The notes under the pieces: generated by a model
What the model was told of the DNA's origin: nothing
Seen by the model: the letters and a program-made list of their open reading frames with translations, nothing else
Database searches by the model: none
Translations under genes and position numbers: made by a program
Shown here: positions 1 to 12,574 of the stretch, piece after piece
Position numbering within the stretch: the stretch's first letter is position 1
How the letters are laid out: each line of letters opens with the position of its first letter
Source: Okamejei kenojei
Lineage: Eukaryota
Assembly (NCBI GenBank): GCA_035221665.1
Contig: CM069168.1
Span: forward strand, 18,042,001 to 18,106,000
Length of the DNA stretch: 64,000 nucleotides
Reading direction: 5' to 3'

Positions 1-26
1 TACAGATGGAGGCTGTTGGGGTTTAC
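1..26 (-). CDS. Putative exon 4 of unidentified gene, runs off the window (GKPQQPPSV...)
   Basis: TTCATTTTTAG acceptor, phase 1 matches. Confidence 0.5.
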
Positions 27-529
27 CTAAAAATGAACACAGTGGTCAGTCACGCGAGCACACATATACAAGCATACATATTCTGCATTGGAGAACAGGC
101 AGGAGAGTGAAGCCATGATCTAACTGAATGGTGGAACTAACTCAAGAGAACAAAAGGTCTCCTCCTGCTCTTACTTCACATGCATACAGCAAAAAACACA
201 CAAACAACTTTAATTTTGGTCTGGATTTGAAACTTTATCTGCTACCTTTCTTTAGCATCATTGCTTTACCTTCCCTGAGAATTTCTCAGTGAACATGTTT
301 GCATATACTGAGGAGGTCTATTAACTCATTTATCCAACTAACCTCCTACAGTGCAGCTGACATGGTTTTGAAACTAAACCATTTACTATGGGCAGCATTA
401 ACATGCCTAGTGTGATTTAGTAATTTGCATTTTGGTATATTCTTTCAAGTTCTCAAAGTAATTTGTGATTATAGTCACTATTTTCAACTCACAATTTATA
501 AACAAATGTCATAAAGTCTCTTCACTTAC

Positions 530-593
530 CATCTTCCTTATGTTTTTTGTCAGTTTTGGGCGCATCATAGATTATGTCAAAACTGATTGTGTT
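530..593 (-). CDS. Putative exon 3 of unidentified gene (NTISFDIIYDAPKTDKKHKED)
   Basis: CCCTTTCATTACTAG acceptor, G|GTAAGT donor; only the phase-0 frame is open. Confidence 0.6.
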
Positions 594-3052
594 CTAGTAA
601 TGAAAGGGAGATGAAAATCAGTTATATTTACAGCAGGGTACACAAAAGGCTGGAGAAACTCAGCGGGTGCAGCAGCATCTAAGGAGCGAAGGAGATAGGC
701 GACGTTTAGGGTCGAGACCCTTCTTCAGACTCATATTTACAGCAGTTGTGTTTCTATTTAGTTCCTCTGTGCCAGCAATCTCTTGCAGGGATTAGGACCA
801 TGAGCAACCTCCGTAGGATTGGCTTCAGAACTCAATAGTTTATCGTTGCGCATCCATGTTGGGCCTCACGTGACCTTCCTTTCGACTCCCTACACCTTGT
901 ACAAGGTATATCAAAAATACGATGGAATACCCTCCACCTATCCACGTGAGCCTCACTCCATCAACATCCACAAAACCTAAATAGCAGGCAAGCCAGAGCA
1001 ACCATATTGATTTATATCTGTACATTAGCTTGGCAGTGGTGCAGTTAGTAGAGCTGCTGCATCACAACTCTACCAACGTTCAACCTTGACCTCAGGTGCT
1101 GTCCGAGTGGAGTTTGCACGTTCACTCTGTGACTTTAGCAAGGCCTTTGACAAGGTCCACATGGTAGTCTAGTCAGAAGGTTAGATCACGTGGTAAGCTA
1201 GCCAAATGGATGATTCGGTACGAGTTTGGGTCCTAGCAGCAGTAATTTATTAGGTACAAAAAGAGTTGTCAAAAAGAGCTGAGTCAGCTCTGCATCGTTG
1301 CAAAAGGATTACCTTTGTTTTTTGTTTGTTTTTATCCAGCAGAGGAATTTGATTGAAGGATAAAATTTTGTTTTTTTCCCCAATCAGACCTCCAAGTCGG
1401 ACAACAGTGGACCCAACAAGCCTAAGGGGAAACATGCAAAATAAATTCCAGTCACAATTACTGTTGAACACATCGTTCCTGCCACAAAAGGTAAAACCAA
1501 CTTTTATTTCAAAGAATGTTGCTGACAATGTCATAGTATGAAAGAGCAAAGGAGACAGAACATTTCACCCAAGAGAACTTTACTTCTTCTCTACAACTAA
1601 TTAACTGATTTCCCCTACAGCGCTACTAATATGTATCCAATGTCCTTGTAAATTTCAGATCATAACAACCAGCAGGATCCAAAGATTTAACCTATTTTCT
1701 TTTATAACTCATGCCTTCTGATAAGCAATCCTTTTGCCTATAGCACCCGTTTCCATTTAATCAAAACCCAATTGTATTGAAGCAAGTATCATACAAAACT
1801 TTGAAAGATTAGCCAATTGTTTGTACTTACTTCAGCACCAAGTTCTGGGCCAATCTGCAAAGCATTGCACTGTCAGACATGCTGCAATTTGGATCATGCA
1901 CAATTTCCCAATTCATATATAAAACATTACTTAAGGCACAGCTGGAGTAACACGTTATCTCCTGTAACACATCTGGTTAACACATTATCTGTGCAGAAGA
2001 TATTCATCAGGATAAAAACACATGAGTGGAGAAAGCTGTGAGACCCAGCGGACAAAATGATGTTGGGCTAATATCTCAGCAATCTTTTCTCCTTACCAAA
2101 GATGTCTATAACTGAAAACATAGTTTTAAAGTAAGGAGCAGGAGATTTAAAGGGTTTTAAAGAAGAACGCTTTAAAGCAAAGTGTGAATGAACACACTGC
2201 CCGAAGGAGTTGGTTAAATAGGCAGGTACTCTCACAATATTTAAGAAATATTTAGATCAGTACCTGCAGTCTCATGGCAAAGAGGACTACGGGCAGAATG
2301 CTGGAACATGGGATTGGTGTAGAGATACTTGATAGCCAGCACTGACATGGCTGCCTGAAAAGCCTACGTCTGTGATGCATGACTCTCTCTTTGGGACGCT
2401 TATCAAGGGAACACTAAATATCCTATATTGATATTCAAAGCAGCAACAGACTACTATTCAGCTGAACACACTTGCTATGTTTAAAATGTCCAGTGCATTC
2501 ATCTAAACAGCAAGTGTGACAATATACTGGTGATACACTTGATGGTCCGGATATGTTTCTAGGAGTGAGAATGCTAATGGAATCATCACTGAGAAGATCT
2601 TGCGATGTTTTATGGAGAGAGAGAGAGTGAGAAAGATGAGTCACTGAGTTAGCGGCTATGCAAGAAATCCTGCAGAGAATGGAGGAATATGCATCCTGGT
2701 GCAGGCAAAAGGAACTAATTTAAGTTGGCAACATGTTCAGCATGTACATTGTGGGCCAGATGGCTTATTCCTGTGCTGTACTGTTCTATATCATGTCATT
2801 TTTACAATCAAATTGCCTCTTGACTTTACTGAACAACCCTGTTGATCCATTTGGAGACTATTTACCTTTGTATGTCCTGTTCTGGTTACTCAGCAGCTCT
2901 AGCACCTGCTGTGTTCTTGTGACCACAATGGCTATTTACAAGGGTACCCAGTCATTGTTTACAGATCCCACATACTAAGGTCACCAGCTTATATTATAGA
3001 ATACTGGCCGAGGAGTTAGATAATATCTCCATATAGTGCAGAACAATGTTAC

Positions 3053-3090
3053 CTGCTCTTTCCACTTTTGCCATTTTCTTTCAGGTGAAT
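3053..3090 (-). CDS. Putative exon 2 of unidentified gene (DSPERKWQKWKEQ)
   Basis: CCTCTCTGCAG acceptor, CAG|GTAACA donor, phase 1 to 0. Confidence 0.55.
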
Positions 3091-6000
3091 CTGCAGAGAG
3101 GATTTTGCATCTAAAGGATTTCCTTTCAACTTAAAATCTAGTTTCTGATAACAAGAAGGAAAATATATATATAATTTTTAATGTTAACAACAAATGGCTT
3201 CCAAATGTGGTTGCCTTCCTCCATCTCACCCAAGACTGCCCACACATCCCCAAGTCATCTACACCCAGGTCCTCCCTTCACGTCAGCTTATGTTGCCACT
3301 GCATTTCATCTTATGCTCTTATCCTTGTCTGCCTTGTGCTCTCTACCTATCCCACCCATTACTGCAACATTTTCCTCCCCACCATTACCATCAAGTGCAT
3401 TTCTCACCCTTGCTCCCTCCAGTGTTGCTGCATTCTCCCTCCTTTTCTCAACATATATTTTACATCACAACTGCTCATCCAAACTCCAACCCACCCAGTT
3501 GCAATGTACACTAATTCCTCGCCTGCTCAGTTGAATTAAACTTCACACCACTGCCTGAACACAATTCTCTCGTTGACCACATGTTGGCAGATGTCATCCT
3601 GTGCCATTATCATTCTATACATCCGCCAGATTAAACCCGTCCCTCTGTGCCTCACCCATGTAATCATAACATGTACGCACCAACCCTGATCAGTGATCAT
3701 CTGCATCACGGATAAGATTTGATTTCTATCTTAATCCAGAATAAGTAAAGTTTATTATACATGCCGGTCAAAACCTCTGCAATGACTCCGGAAAGTTGTG
3801 GATCCCTTTCAAACTTTCATTAATAATACTTCGTGTTCATGCCATATAAAATGGAGCCTTTGCAAATTTGTGAGTGCAACTTTAAAGTTTCAAATTATGT
3901 GGAGCTTCTCATCTCGCTATTGCCTTTCCACTTACATCGTTCCATCGTATGGTCAGGTCTTCCTCTGATAAGCCTGTTCTCTTCTTATTACCTAGAGAAT
4001 GTGTTACAGTTATTCAATGTTGCGTATAGCTCAATCCAATTACACTCCTGATTTATGAATGATTGAAAAGGTTTGGGGAGTCAGGATGTGATCAATTCAC
4101 AGGATATAAAGCAATTTGGTTTTGTATCTGTAGAGTTTGTGTGGCTGATCCAGTTAAGTTTCAAGTTGAGTGTAACTTGTAGAATATCTCTACCATTGGC
4201 AAAGTAACTGTTAATAGCTAAATCAGTATTGCATAGCAGGAAGGCCAAGGAGCCCATCTATCTGAGAAATTTAAATGAGATAACACAAAGTAATATGGAA
4301 CACAGATACATTAATAAATAGAATATATTTGCACGTTAACAAGATAATTCAATTACTTTGGTTATCATTTCTAAAATGATACTATTCAAAATCATATAAG
4401 CTTATGAATAGAACAATGTTTACCAGAGATTTGAAACAAAATGTACAATTCTGATCTCCATGATTGGAATAGACAGGTACCAGATAAATTACAAGAATGA
4501 TTTACAAGAATGATACAAAAATTGAGAGCTAAAAACTAAACAAGTTGAGTGCTCCATTTTCTAGGAAACACAAGTTGAGGAATTGAGAATGAACCTTAAA
4601 TTCAATCAAGTGCACACACGTTTTTCATTTGTGCAGGAATCCAAAACTAAGACAACAGTCAATAATAAATCCATTGTGAAATAAGAAGAAATGTATTTAC
4701 CTAGATGGCGGTGAGAATGTGGAATTCAATACCACAGGAAATAGTACTCAACAGGGATTAGCAAATATGCATTTAAGTGAAATCTAACAAAATAGATGAG
4801 AGGAAAATGGGGTATGCTTGCAGAGTGGTTTTACTGAGAGGTCCCCAAATTTTATTCTCACTTATTGCAACAGGAAGGCCCTGGGAACCTGTTTAAATCA
4901 GAAAGCTAAACTACAGGGTCAGGGGTGATTTTTGGAAACTGCAAATGATTCAGAAGGAAGATAACTGGACCAATAATACAGCATTTTCTCAGTATTTACA
5001 ACTGTTTATTACCAAATTTGCGGCGTGCACTTGTACTTTCCATGTCAATGGGTTCATAACGTGTCAGAGTTACATTCTCCAGGTGTTCCAATGGAAAGAA
5101 TGCTACCAATTTATTAATGATCTCCCAATTAATGCAGGCAAGGGTCATTTATTTTTACACATTGTTTCCTCAAAGGGAAGCAGAGGAATGTTTTAATTCA
5201 AGAAGCAGATTAATTGGTTACTGTAAGTTACCTCTGGCGCTCGTGGATGGAATGAGAGTCAGGGGGCGTAAACGGTAAATAAATAGAAGAATAAGACTAA
5301 TGAGTGCTCAAAGAGCTGGCACAGACTTAATGGGCTGCCATGTCCTAAGAAAATATGAGATATATTCTTGATAAGCAAGGGAGTTCAAGTTAACGGATAG
5401 GCAGGAATGTAAACAATCAGAGGTAATAATCGGGTCCTTGGGTTGAGATTGAAAGAGTATTTCTCCAAACATTTTACTTTAATATAACTTGTCCAATATG
5501 GAATCTGCCTTCTAACTAAAATACTCCCAATTCTTACATTTCACTTGCAGTAACTTGCATTTATAATGATGTTTATAATAAAGAAAATCCCAAGGGTCTT
5601 AAAATAAAATCCAATCGTCAATGAAGAAGGCTATTAAGAGAATGGAAAGTGTCATTAGAAGGCTATTAAGAGAATGGAAAATGTTATTATTATGGGATTC
5701 AACGGAGTCAATGCCAAAGTTATCTAAAAACACAAGAAAGTGCAGATGTTGACCAAAAGAATTCTGGATGATTGAAGCAGCCGGAGCTGCAAACTCGTAT
5801 AGATATTATAAGTAGGTGGAAATATAGGGCCACGGGGTGGTGTCAGGAGTCATGGGGAGAATGGGGTTGAGGGGGAAGAATTAGATCTGCCATGATTGAA
5901 TGGCGGAATAGACTTGATGGACCGAATGGCCTAATTCTGCTCCTATCACGTGAATTTATGAAGAGGGAGATTTCGAAAAGAGTAAGTGCAACATCATAGG

Positions 6001-6202
6001 GCTGAATGACTATTATTGCAGTGGTCCAATGTCAAGGGGGATAGTTTCGAGAGGAGACGAGGTTACACACCGAAGCGATTGAATGCATGATAACTAGATG
6101 TTAACTGCTCGGATTTCGCCCAGTGCCCAGAGGGTGGGCGGCCTTGCCCGGGGATTGCTGAGGGTGATGTGGGGAGCACGGCTCGCCCCTCGTCTCCCTC
6201 AC

Positions 6203-6275
6203 CTCTGAAGAGCACGGTCACATAGACTCGGGAACTCTTGATCCTGGAGACGGACAGCCCTCCAACCTGGAGCAT
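6203..6275 (-). CDS. Putative coding exon 1 of an unidentified gene (MLQVGGLSVSRIKSSRVYVTVLFR)
   Basis: ATG with A at -3 in CpG island; GAG|GTGAGG donor, phase 1 matches exon at 3090. Confidence 0.55.
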
Positions 6276-6469
6276 CTTCAGCCGCCAGCCTCGTCTCCAG
6301 GTGATGAGAGCGCGGTGCCTTCCATTTCCCTCCTCCGGCGGGGCCGGTAACCCGAGAGGAGGAACACGGCCATTCGAAGCACAGGCGTAACAAAGGGCGC
6401 CATGTGACAGGGCCGCACGGCCCGGGCAACGCGACGCGACGCGGCGGACAACAACCGCCCGACGGAGCC

Positions 6470-6886
6470 CGGGCAACGGGCCACGTGACGGGGGGGACAA
6501 CGGGCCACGTGGCGGGGGGAACCCGGGCACGGGCCACGTGGCGGGGGGGAGCCCGGGCACGGGCCACGTGGCGGGGGGAGCCCGGGCAACGGGCCACGTG
6601 ATGGGGGGGGGGGGCAACGGGCCACGTGACGGGGGGGGCAACGGGCCAGGTGACGAGGGGGGCAACGGGCCACGTGACGGGGGGGGGGCAACGGGCCACG
6701 TGACGGGGGGGGGGCAACGGGCCACGTGACGAGGGGGGCAACGGGCCACGTGACGGGGGGCGCAACGGGCCAAGTGACGGTGGGGGCAACGGGCCACGTG
6801 ACGGGGGGGGCAACGGGCCACGTAACGAGGGGGAGGGCAACGGGCCACGTGACGGGGGAGGGGGTCCGTGCAACGGGCCAACCGTG
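6470..6886. repeat. GC-rich minisatellite, ~16 units of ~GGCAACGGGCCACGTGAC(G)n
   Basis: Units counted by eye; 12 keep a perfect CACGTG; G-run length varies. Confidence 0.95.
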
Positions 6887-7116
6887 CATGTGCCCCAATC
6901 ACGTGATTGGGGGTGAGGGTGAAGGCAAGAAGCGGCGACGATGCCCGCGTCACGTGTCCCGGGCCTACTACTACGACCATGTGACGCGGGACGGACACGA
7001 CAACCTTCAACGAGCGCACGGTGAGGGAAGCTTTAAGACATAAACACTCGAGGCGAGACATGCATCGTGTACACCTTCCTCATCTGTCGGCTGATAAATC
7101 TTTTTTAAACTGCCCA

Positions 7117-7420
7117 CTTGTCAGAGTGAGTCCCAACGCAAATTGGAGGAATAGCACCTCATATTTCGCTTGGGCAGCTTACAACCAGCGCTATGATGAT
7201 TTCTGTAACTTATAGTAACCCTTGCTTATTTTTCCTCTCCGTCCCGTCCCCCCCGCCCTTTTCTCCGACTAGTTTCACTGTCCATCTAATTCATTTTACT
7301 GTTTGTATGCTTCCTTGTCACCTTCCCCTCAGCAAACAAACAACCATTCTACATTTCCTTGAACAGCATCGGCTTTGATCTGTCATTTTCACATCTTGCT
7401 CTTCCACATCTCTAGTCTGC
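7117..7420 (+). mobile_element. Penelope-like element 3' fragment
   Basis: Similar to 29870-30150. Confidence 0.7.
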
Positions 7421-9519
7421 CAACTGCTGCCGGTTTCACGATGGGCCAACATTTGGTCAACAGGTTGGCTGAGGGGAAGGTTTAGTTTTGTGACATGTGT
7501 ACCGAGGTACAGTGAAAAGTTTTGCTGCGTGCAGCCAAACCAAAGGTTGGGTGTGTGTGGAGTGGAGTGGAGAGGCTTCTGAGAATCCCGCAGATGGGTG
7601 TGCAGAACCAGGCGACTGGTTCTATTCTTGCACACCAGTGTTTGTTATCTTCCTTCTTTCCTGCTTTGGGTACCTTACCTCGCTTTCTTCCCCTTTCCAC
7701 CTGGCGGATGTTCTCACACCCACACACCAGCTCTGAGAAGATTCCCATCAGCAGTAGACCAGGGCGCAAGGCAGCAAATGCAACAGCCTTGAGTCAGTGC
7801 CTATGCTCTTGCTCCCATTTGCACATCTATCTCGGCTTACCAATTTTGGTCCCATCAAATGTCACTGTTACTGACCATACATTTGAATTTGGTGAGCAGC
7901 TCATTGATCTGACCACTACTTTTGAGGAAAAGAATGGAGAATACAAACAAAGTCATGGAGAATTTAGTAAATCACATTGTTTTTTTCATCACAGGTACTG
8001 ACCTCCACACATCGAAGAGATCCATAGTAGATGCTTCCTCAAAAAGGGCCAACAGCACCCTGGCCACTCTGAACAAATTATTAGTGATTTTAGTGGAATC
8101 ACACCAGAGATTACTGACAATGCTCTGCAGGTGAGGCAGCATTTTTGGAGAAAAATGTTAACATTTCAGAGCGATGACAGCAACTGTCACTGTACTGTCT
8201 ATACTAGGAACAGTGACAGTGCCTCACTTCCAAAGCCTTGTATTCAATCCTGACGTTATGTGCTATCTGTGCTTGCACCTTCTGCCTATGACAACATCAG
8301 TTTCCTCAAGGTGATCTGGTTTCCTTCCACCTCACAAAAGGATCATTTAGCCACTGTAAATCACTCCTAGTGTCTACATGAATGGTAGAATCTGGGGAGA
8401 ACTATTGGCCAGGACTTAACGGGGGATTATTTCAACAGCCGATTTCTGCCTGTAAAAAGTTTATGAGAGGGGTTCACCGAAGGGCCAAGTTGTGGATGAA
8501 GGCAGAGAGAGAGGTGTGCTGCTGTAAACCAGGCCCCGCACATACCGAGACAAGTATTTTTGTTCTCTCTTGCCAATAAATCTGATTTGTAACTAAACTG
8601 ACGAGTGAGCCTTTTTCTGTTCTACTAGTCAGATCCTTGAACCTGTTCCTTTGTAACACCTCAGTTCTTCGAAGAATCTGTAAAACAGCAGACAAGGTCT
8701 TGGCTAAACATTTCATTCTAAAGTCTGCATTCCTGTCATTGGAATCATTCCTCAGCATTGTCCTGATCCATCAATCATTTTGTGCTAAAATCTCTGGACG
8801 AGAAATTGAACTATAATCATCTAAAACAAAGACAAAGCCAAATGATTTTAAAGAGTCTCAACTCACTTATTAATTCCTCCTTTTCTGTCGAACTTATCAA
8901 GCTTACAAAATGTGGACTTTTGCTAACCCCATTCCCAGAAAAACCTGCCTTCTGTCAAACCAAATTCCACAAATGTTACGATACACATTTGTTGCTATTT
9001 ATGACACAGATTTATGTCATAAAGTTTGAAATTGTACTTTGAGTCTAGCAGTCCATCAATCTTACAGTCTGGTTTGAAGAAATTGCATCTCAAATTGTTC
9101 ATTTTGGTTAGGATCAACTGTAGAGACTGGTAGCAAAGATGAAAAAGTAAGATGAAATGTGGAAAAATAAAATAGTGGATAAGAATAGACTACTAATTTG
9201 AAATTTTAATACCTTAAAATATCAGTCTGTTTGAGTAGGATAAAATAAAGTAGTAGCAACTTGGTTGTTACATTACTGCATTTAGTAACCCAGAAAATTA
9301 TAGTCATCAGTTGCCCCTCAGCAATAGGGAAGCTGGATGCAGATATTTTTGTAAATCATCCACAAGTTGATCAGCACATCAAGTCACATCAGCCTGGCAA
9401 TCCACCAGACATAGCTCCAATGTGACTTATAAATGAAGGACATTGTTACTTTTACAAAATCTATAGTTGATGTTGTAAGTACTGTATTGGCAGGGGATAT
9501 TAAATCCAGAAAATGGATT

Positions 9520-9675
9520 TCACGTTAACTTCCTGGGCTGTAAATGTTCCTTCAAAGTTGGATGGTCTGTCACCAGATCATGAGGTGCTCTGGACCTTCT
9601 GTCCTTTATTGTCCTTAGGGCAGGATTCTCCTTGAGCAAAACATCGCACACCTCCTGATGACCCCTTTCAGCAGC
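9520..9675 (-). CDS. ANKRD39: ANKRD39 exon 4 (AAERGHQEVCDVLLKENPALRTIKDRRSRAPHDLVTDHPTLKEHLQPRKLT*)
   Basis: CTTTTATCCACAG acceptor; TGA at 9522-9520; protein 188 aa. Confidence 0.94.
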   Translation of the reverse strand, partial: AAERGHQEVCDVLLKENPALRTIKDRRSRAPHDLVTDHPTLKEHLQPRKLT

Positions 9676-12370
9676 CTGTGGATAAAAGACATGTTGCTTG
9701 TAAAGAATTTCTGTTTAATTTCACCCAAAAAGCCAACTTCTATGCATGGACTTGGCTAATGTAACTGATGATCTGGGGAAGCAGAGTGGGAGATTTGCTA
9801 AAACAGATCAAGAAGAATATTCCCTGAAGTACACAGATCTCCATTAATACCCAAGACGTTTCCAACATCTGATGAAAGATTTTGGATCTGAAGCTTTAAC
9901 TCTGTTTCTCTTTCCCCATTTATTTTTATTTCAGATTTTCCAGCAACTACAAATCTTTGATTTTCATGTCTACCGCATGCTCTTCTAAATTAAAAAAGCT
10001 CAAATTATTAATACCATTTCTTTAAGCCAATAGTTCCCACGTCAGTTATCTGGTAGGTCATTACATCTTTGTGTAGATTGTCCAGCAAACCTAAACAGCA
10101 TCGTTATTACTAGCTGTAGGCAAGTAATGTAGGAAAGTTGCCTGTGGAGAATCCATCACTTAGTCTTCCCATCTGGAAAGTGCAAGTGAAGCACCATTGG
10201 ACCCATCCCTTCACTTCAGAACAGATGCTGCCAGTTTGATCTACATAAAGGATGCCTCGTGTTAATTAATGGGGAGCTACAGTCAGTGAGAAAGAAGAAT
10301 GACACATGCTCAAGACAATTCTATGCAGAATACATATTGAGCAAGATTAGCCAGTTGGTGAAATAGCTAAACAAAAATCTGAAACTAAAACAGTCCAGAG
10401 TAAATAATCCTAGTCTATCCAACCACTCCATGTAGCTGAAGCCCTATAACCCAAGCAGCATTCTAGTGAACCTCTGCACCCTATCCAAAGCCTCCATATC
10501 GTTCCTGTGATGGGGCAAACCGAATTGCAAGCAATATTCCAAATGCGGCCTAACCAAAGTTCGATAGAGCTGCATCATATTATTGGATGTGCATACATAG
10601 TTTTAACCACTATAAAGATCTGCTTACTGAATCCCTTATGTTGCAATAAGAATAAACAGAAAGCTTGCATTTTTACCTATTATTATTGAGGCAAGAAACG
10701 GGATGCAAGACAGCATGCAGCTCCACCAAGTGGTGTATACATGACATTCAGAATTATACTGCACATTTAACAGAGAAAAACATCCTAACTCACAAACGGA
10801 AACAAATTCAACAAAATCTGACATCGATCTAGGCAAGGAACCTTCAGGGCATATTACATGTAGGTTGGTTAAAGAGGTAGATTTGGAAAAACATCTTGGG
10901 AGGAAAAAGACAAAAGGTCTAGGGAGGGAATTCCAGAGCTTGGGCCTTGGACATTTAAAGATATCAAAGCAGCCAGAATCATTATTACCCCATCAGGATA
11001 GAGGTATTAGCAGATATAGGGAGAGACTAGGCCGCAAAGTGATATGAAGACATTGCTGGCAATTTTAAACTTGAGGTACTGAATAACTAGGAGCTGATAA
11101 ACGCCAGCAATGAGTTAATCCAGTCTAGAGGCAGCACAGACTTGGATAAAGGTTTCAGCAGCACACAAGGGCACAATTGAACAATGTTACAGAGGTGGGA
11201 ATAAGTTAGCATCAGGGATAAAATGGACATACAATCAGAAACTCGGCTCATACATAATACCAAGGCTGGTGTCAGAGTGGCCAAGAATAGCAGTTGACTT
11301 GGTAGCTCTGCAAGAACCACTGACATATGTTTGTTATGTGTCATAGAGACGTACAGCATGGAAACAGGCCCTTTGGCCCAACCTGTCCTTGCTGACCAAC
11401 ATGCCCCATCTAAGATAGTCCCACATGACTATTTTGCCCATATCTACCTAAACCTTTCCTATCTATGTATCTGCCCAACTGGTATAGGCCATGGGAGTAG
11501 TTGGCAGAGAAATACGTGGTGGTATGGGATTCATGGCGTTGCCCTGAGCCAGGATAGATTTGATGGGCCAAATGCCTTCCTCTTACACATTTAAGGAAAA
11601 ATGAAATGAGAAATGTTCCCCTCTTTAGATGGAAGAAGTTTCTGCCCATTCAGTACTGAATGAGACACAACTAATATGACATTTTGAAGGACACCAGAGG
11701 AATCAAAGGAGATGATAATAATGGGTGTTGCAAACATAAATGAAGAAATTAATATTGTTTTTTGATCATGTATTGAGAAACAAAATATAGAAAATGTTGA
11801 GTTTAAAAAAGAACTGCAGATGCTGGAAAAATCGAAGACAATTTCTCCAGCATTTTTGTCTACCTTCGATTTTTCCAGCATCTAGTTTCTCCAGCATTTT
11901 TGTTTACATTAGAATATGTCAAGGATCAGTCGAGGACAAAAGGTACAACAGTCCTGATGTGAAAAGATCAATTGGGTGGGGTCTCTCCCTGGTGGATGAC
12001 ATCAGAAGATGGTCTGTTTAAGAAGGAACTGCAGATGCTGGAAAATCGAAGGTAGACAAAAATGCTGGAGAAACTCAGCAAGTGAGGCAGCATCTATGGA
12101 GCGAAGGAAATAGGCGATGTTTCGGGTCGAGACCCTTCTTCAGAAGATGGTCTGATCAGCCAGTTAAAGACTGCAGGCAGGACAAGTGGGCGGTTTGCCT
12201 TTAGAACATCATAGGAACAAATTTATCTTGAATAAGCATGTTTGATGGGGGGAGGACCAAAATTAATTAACCTTGACCACAACGTCTGCTGTAACTGTAA
12301 ACATGACACTGCTTTAAAAAAGAACTAACGAATTGCAGCAAAATATAGGCTGACAGTAGCATCACCGTAC

Positions 12371-12574
12371 CTTGTGTAGAGGAGTCGTGCCGTCATCATC
12401 CGTGATAGCAGGGCTGGCCCCATAGGACAGTAGCAGCTTGAGCACAGGGAGGTGGCCACAGTAGGCAGCTCTGTGAAGTGGAGTGGCCCCTCCTTTAGTC
12501 TGAGCATTACTGTTTGCTCCATTCTTCAGCAGATACTCACAGATCTTATAATCACCACGGCGACTGGCATAGTG
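12371..12574 (-). CDS. ANKRD39: ANKRD39 exon 3 (HYASRRGDYKICEYLLKNGANSNAQTKGGATPLHRAAYCGHLPVLKLLLSYGASPAITDDDGTTPLHK)
   Basis: 204 nt, two ankyrin repeats with TPLH motifs. Confidence 0.95.

Noticed and set aside
1305-1360. Donor-like AAG|GTAATC after QIPLLDKNKQKTK
   Set aside because: No suitable AG acceptor upstream; not needed for phase continuity
5225-5300. Possible extra exon (GAG|GTAACT donor) in the unidentified gene
   Set aside because: Nearest acceptor gives an in-frame TGA in the required phase
6470-6886. CRISPR-like array
   Set aside because: No unique spacers, no cas genes, eukaryotic context
6063-7061. Long Pro/Arg-rich ORFs (332, 224, 206 aa) and plus-strand ORFs
   Set aside because: Open in several frames on both strands because the GC-rich minisatellite lacks stops; only 6275-6203 has splice and phase support
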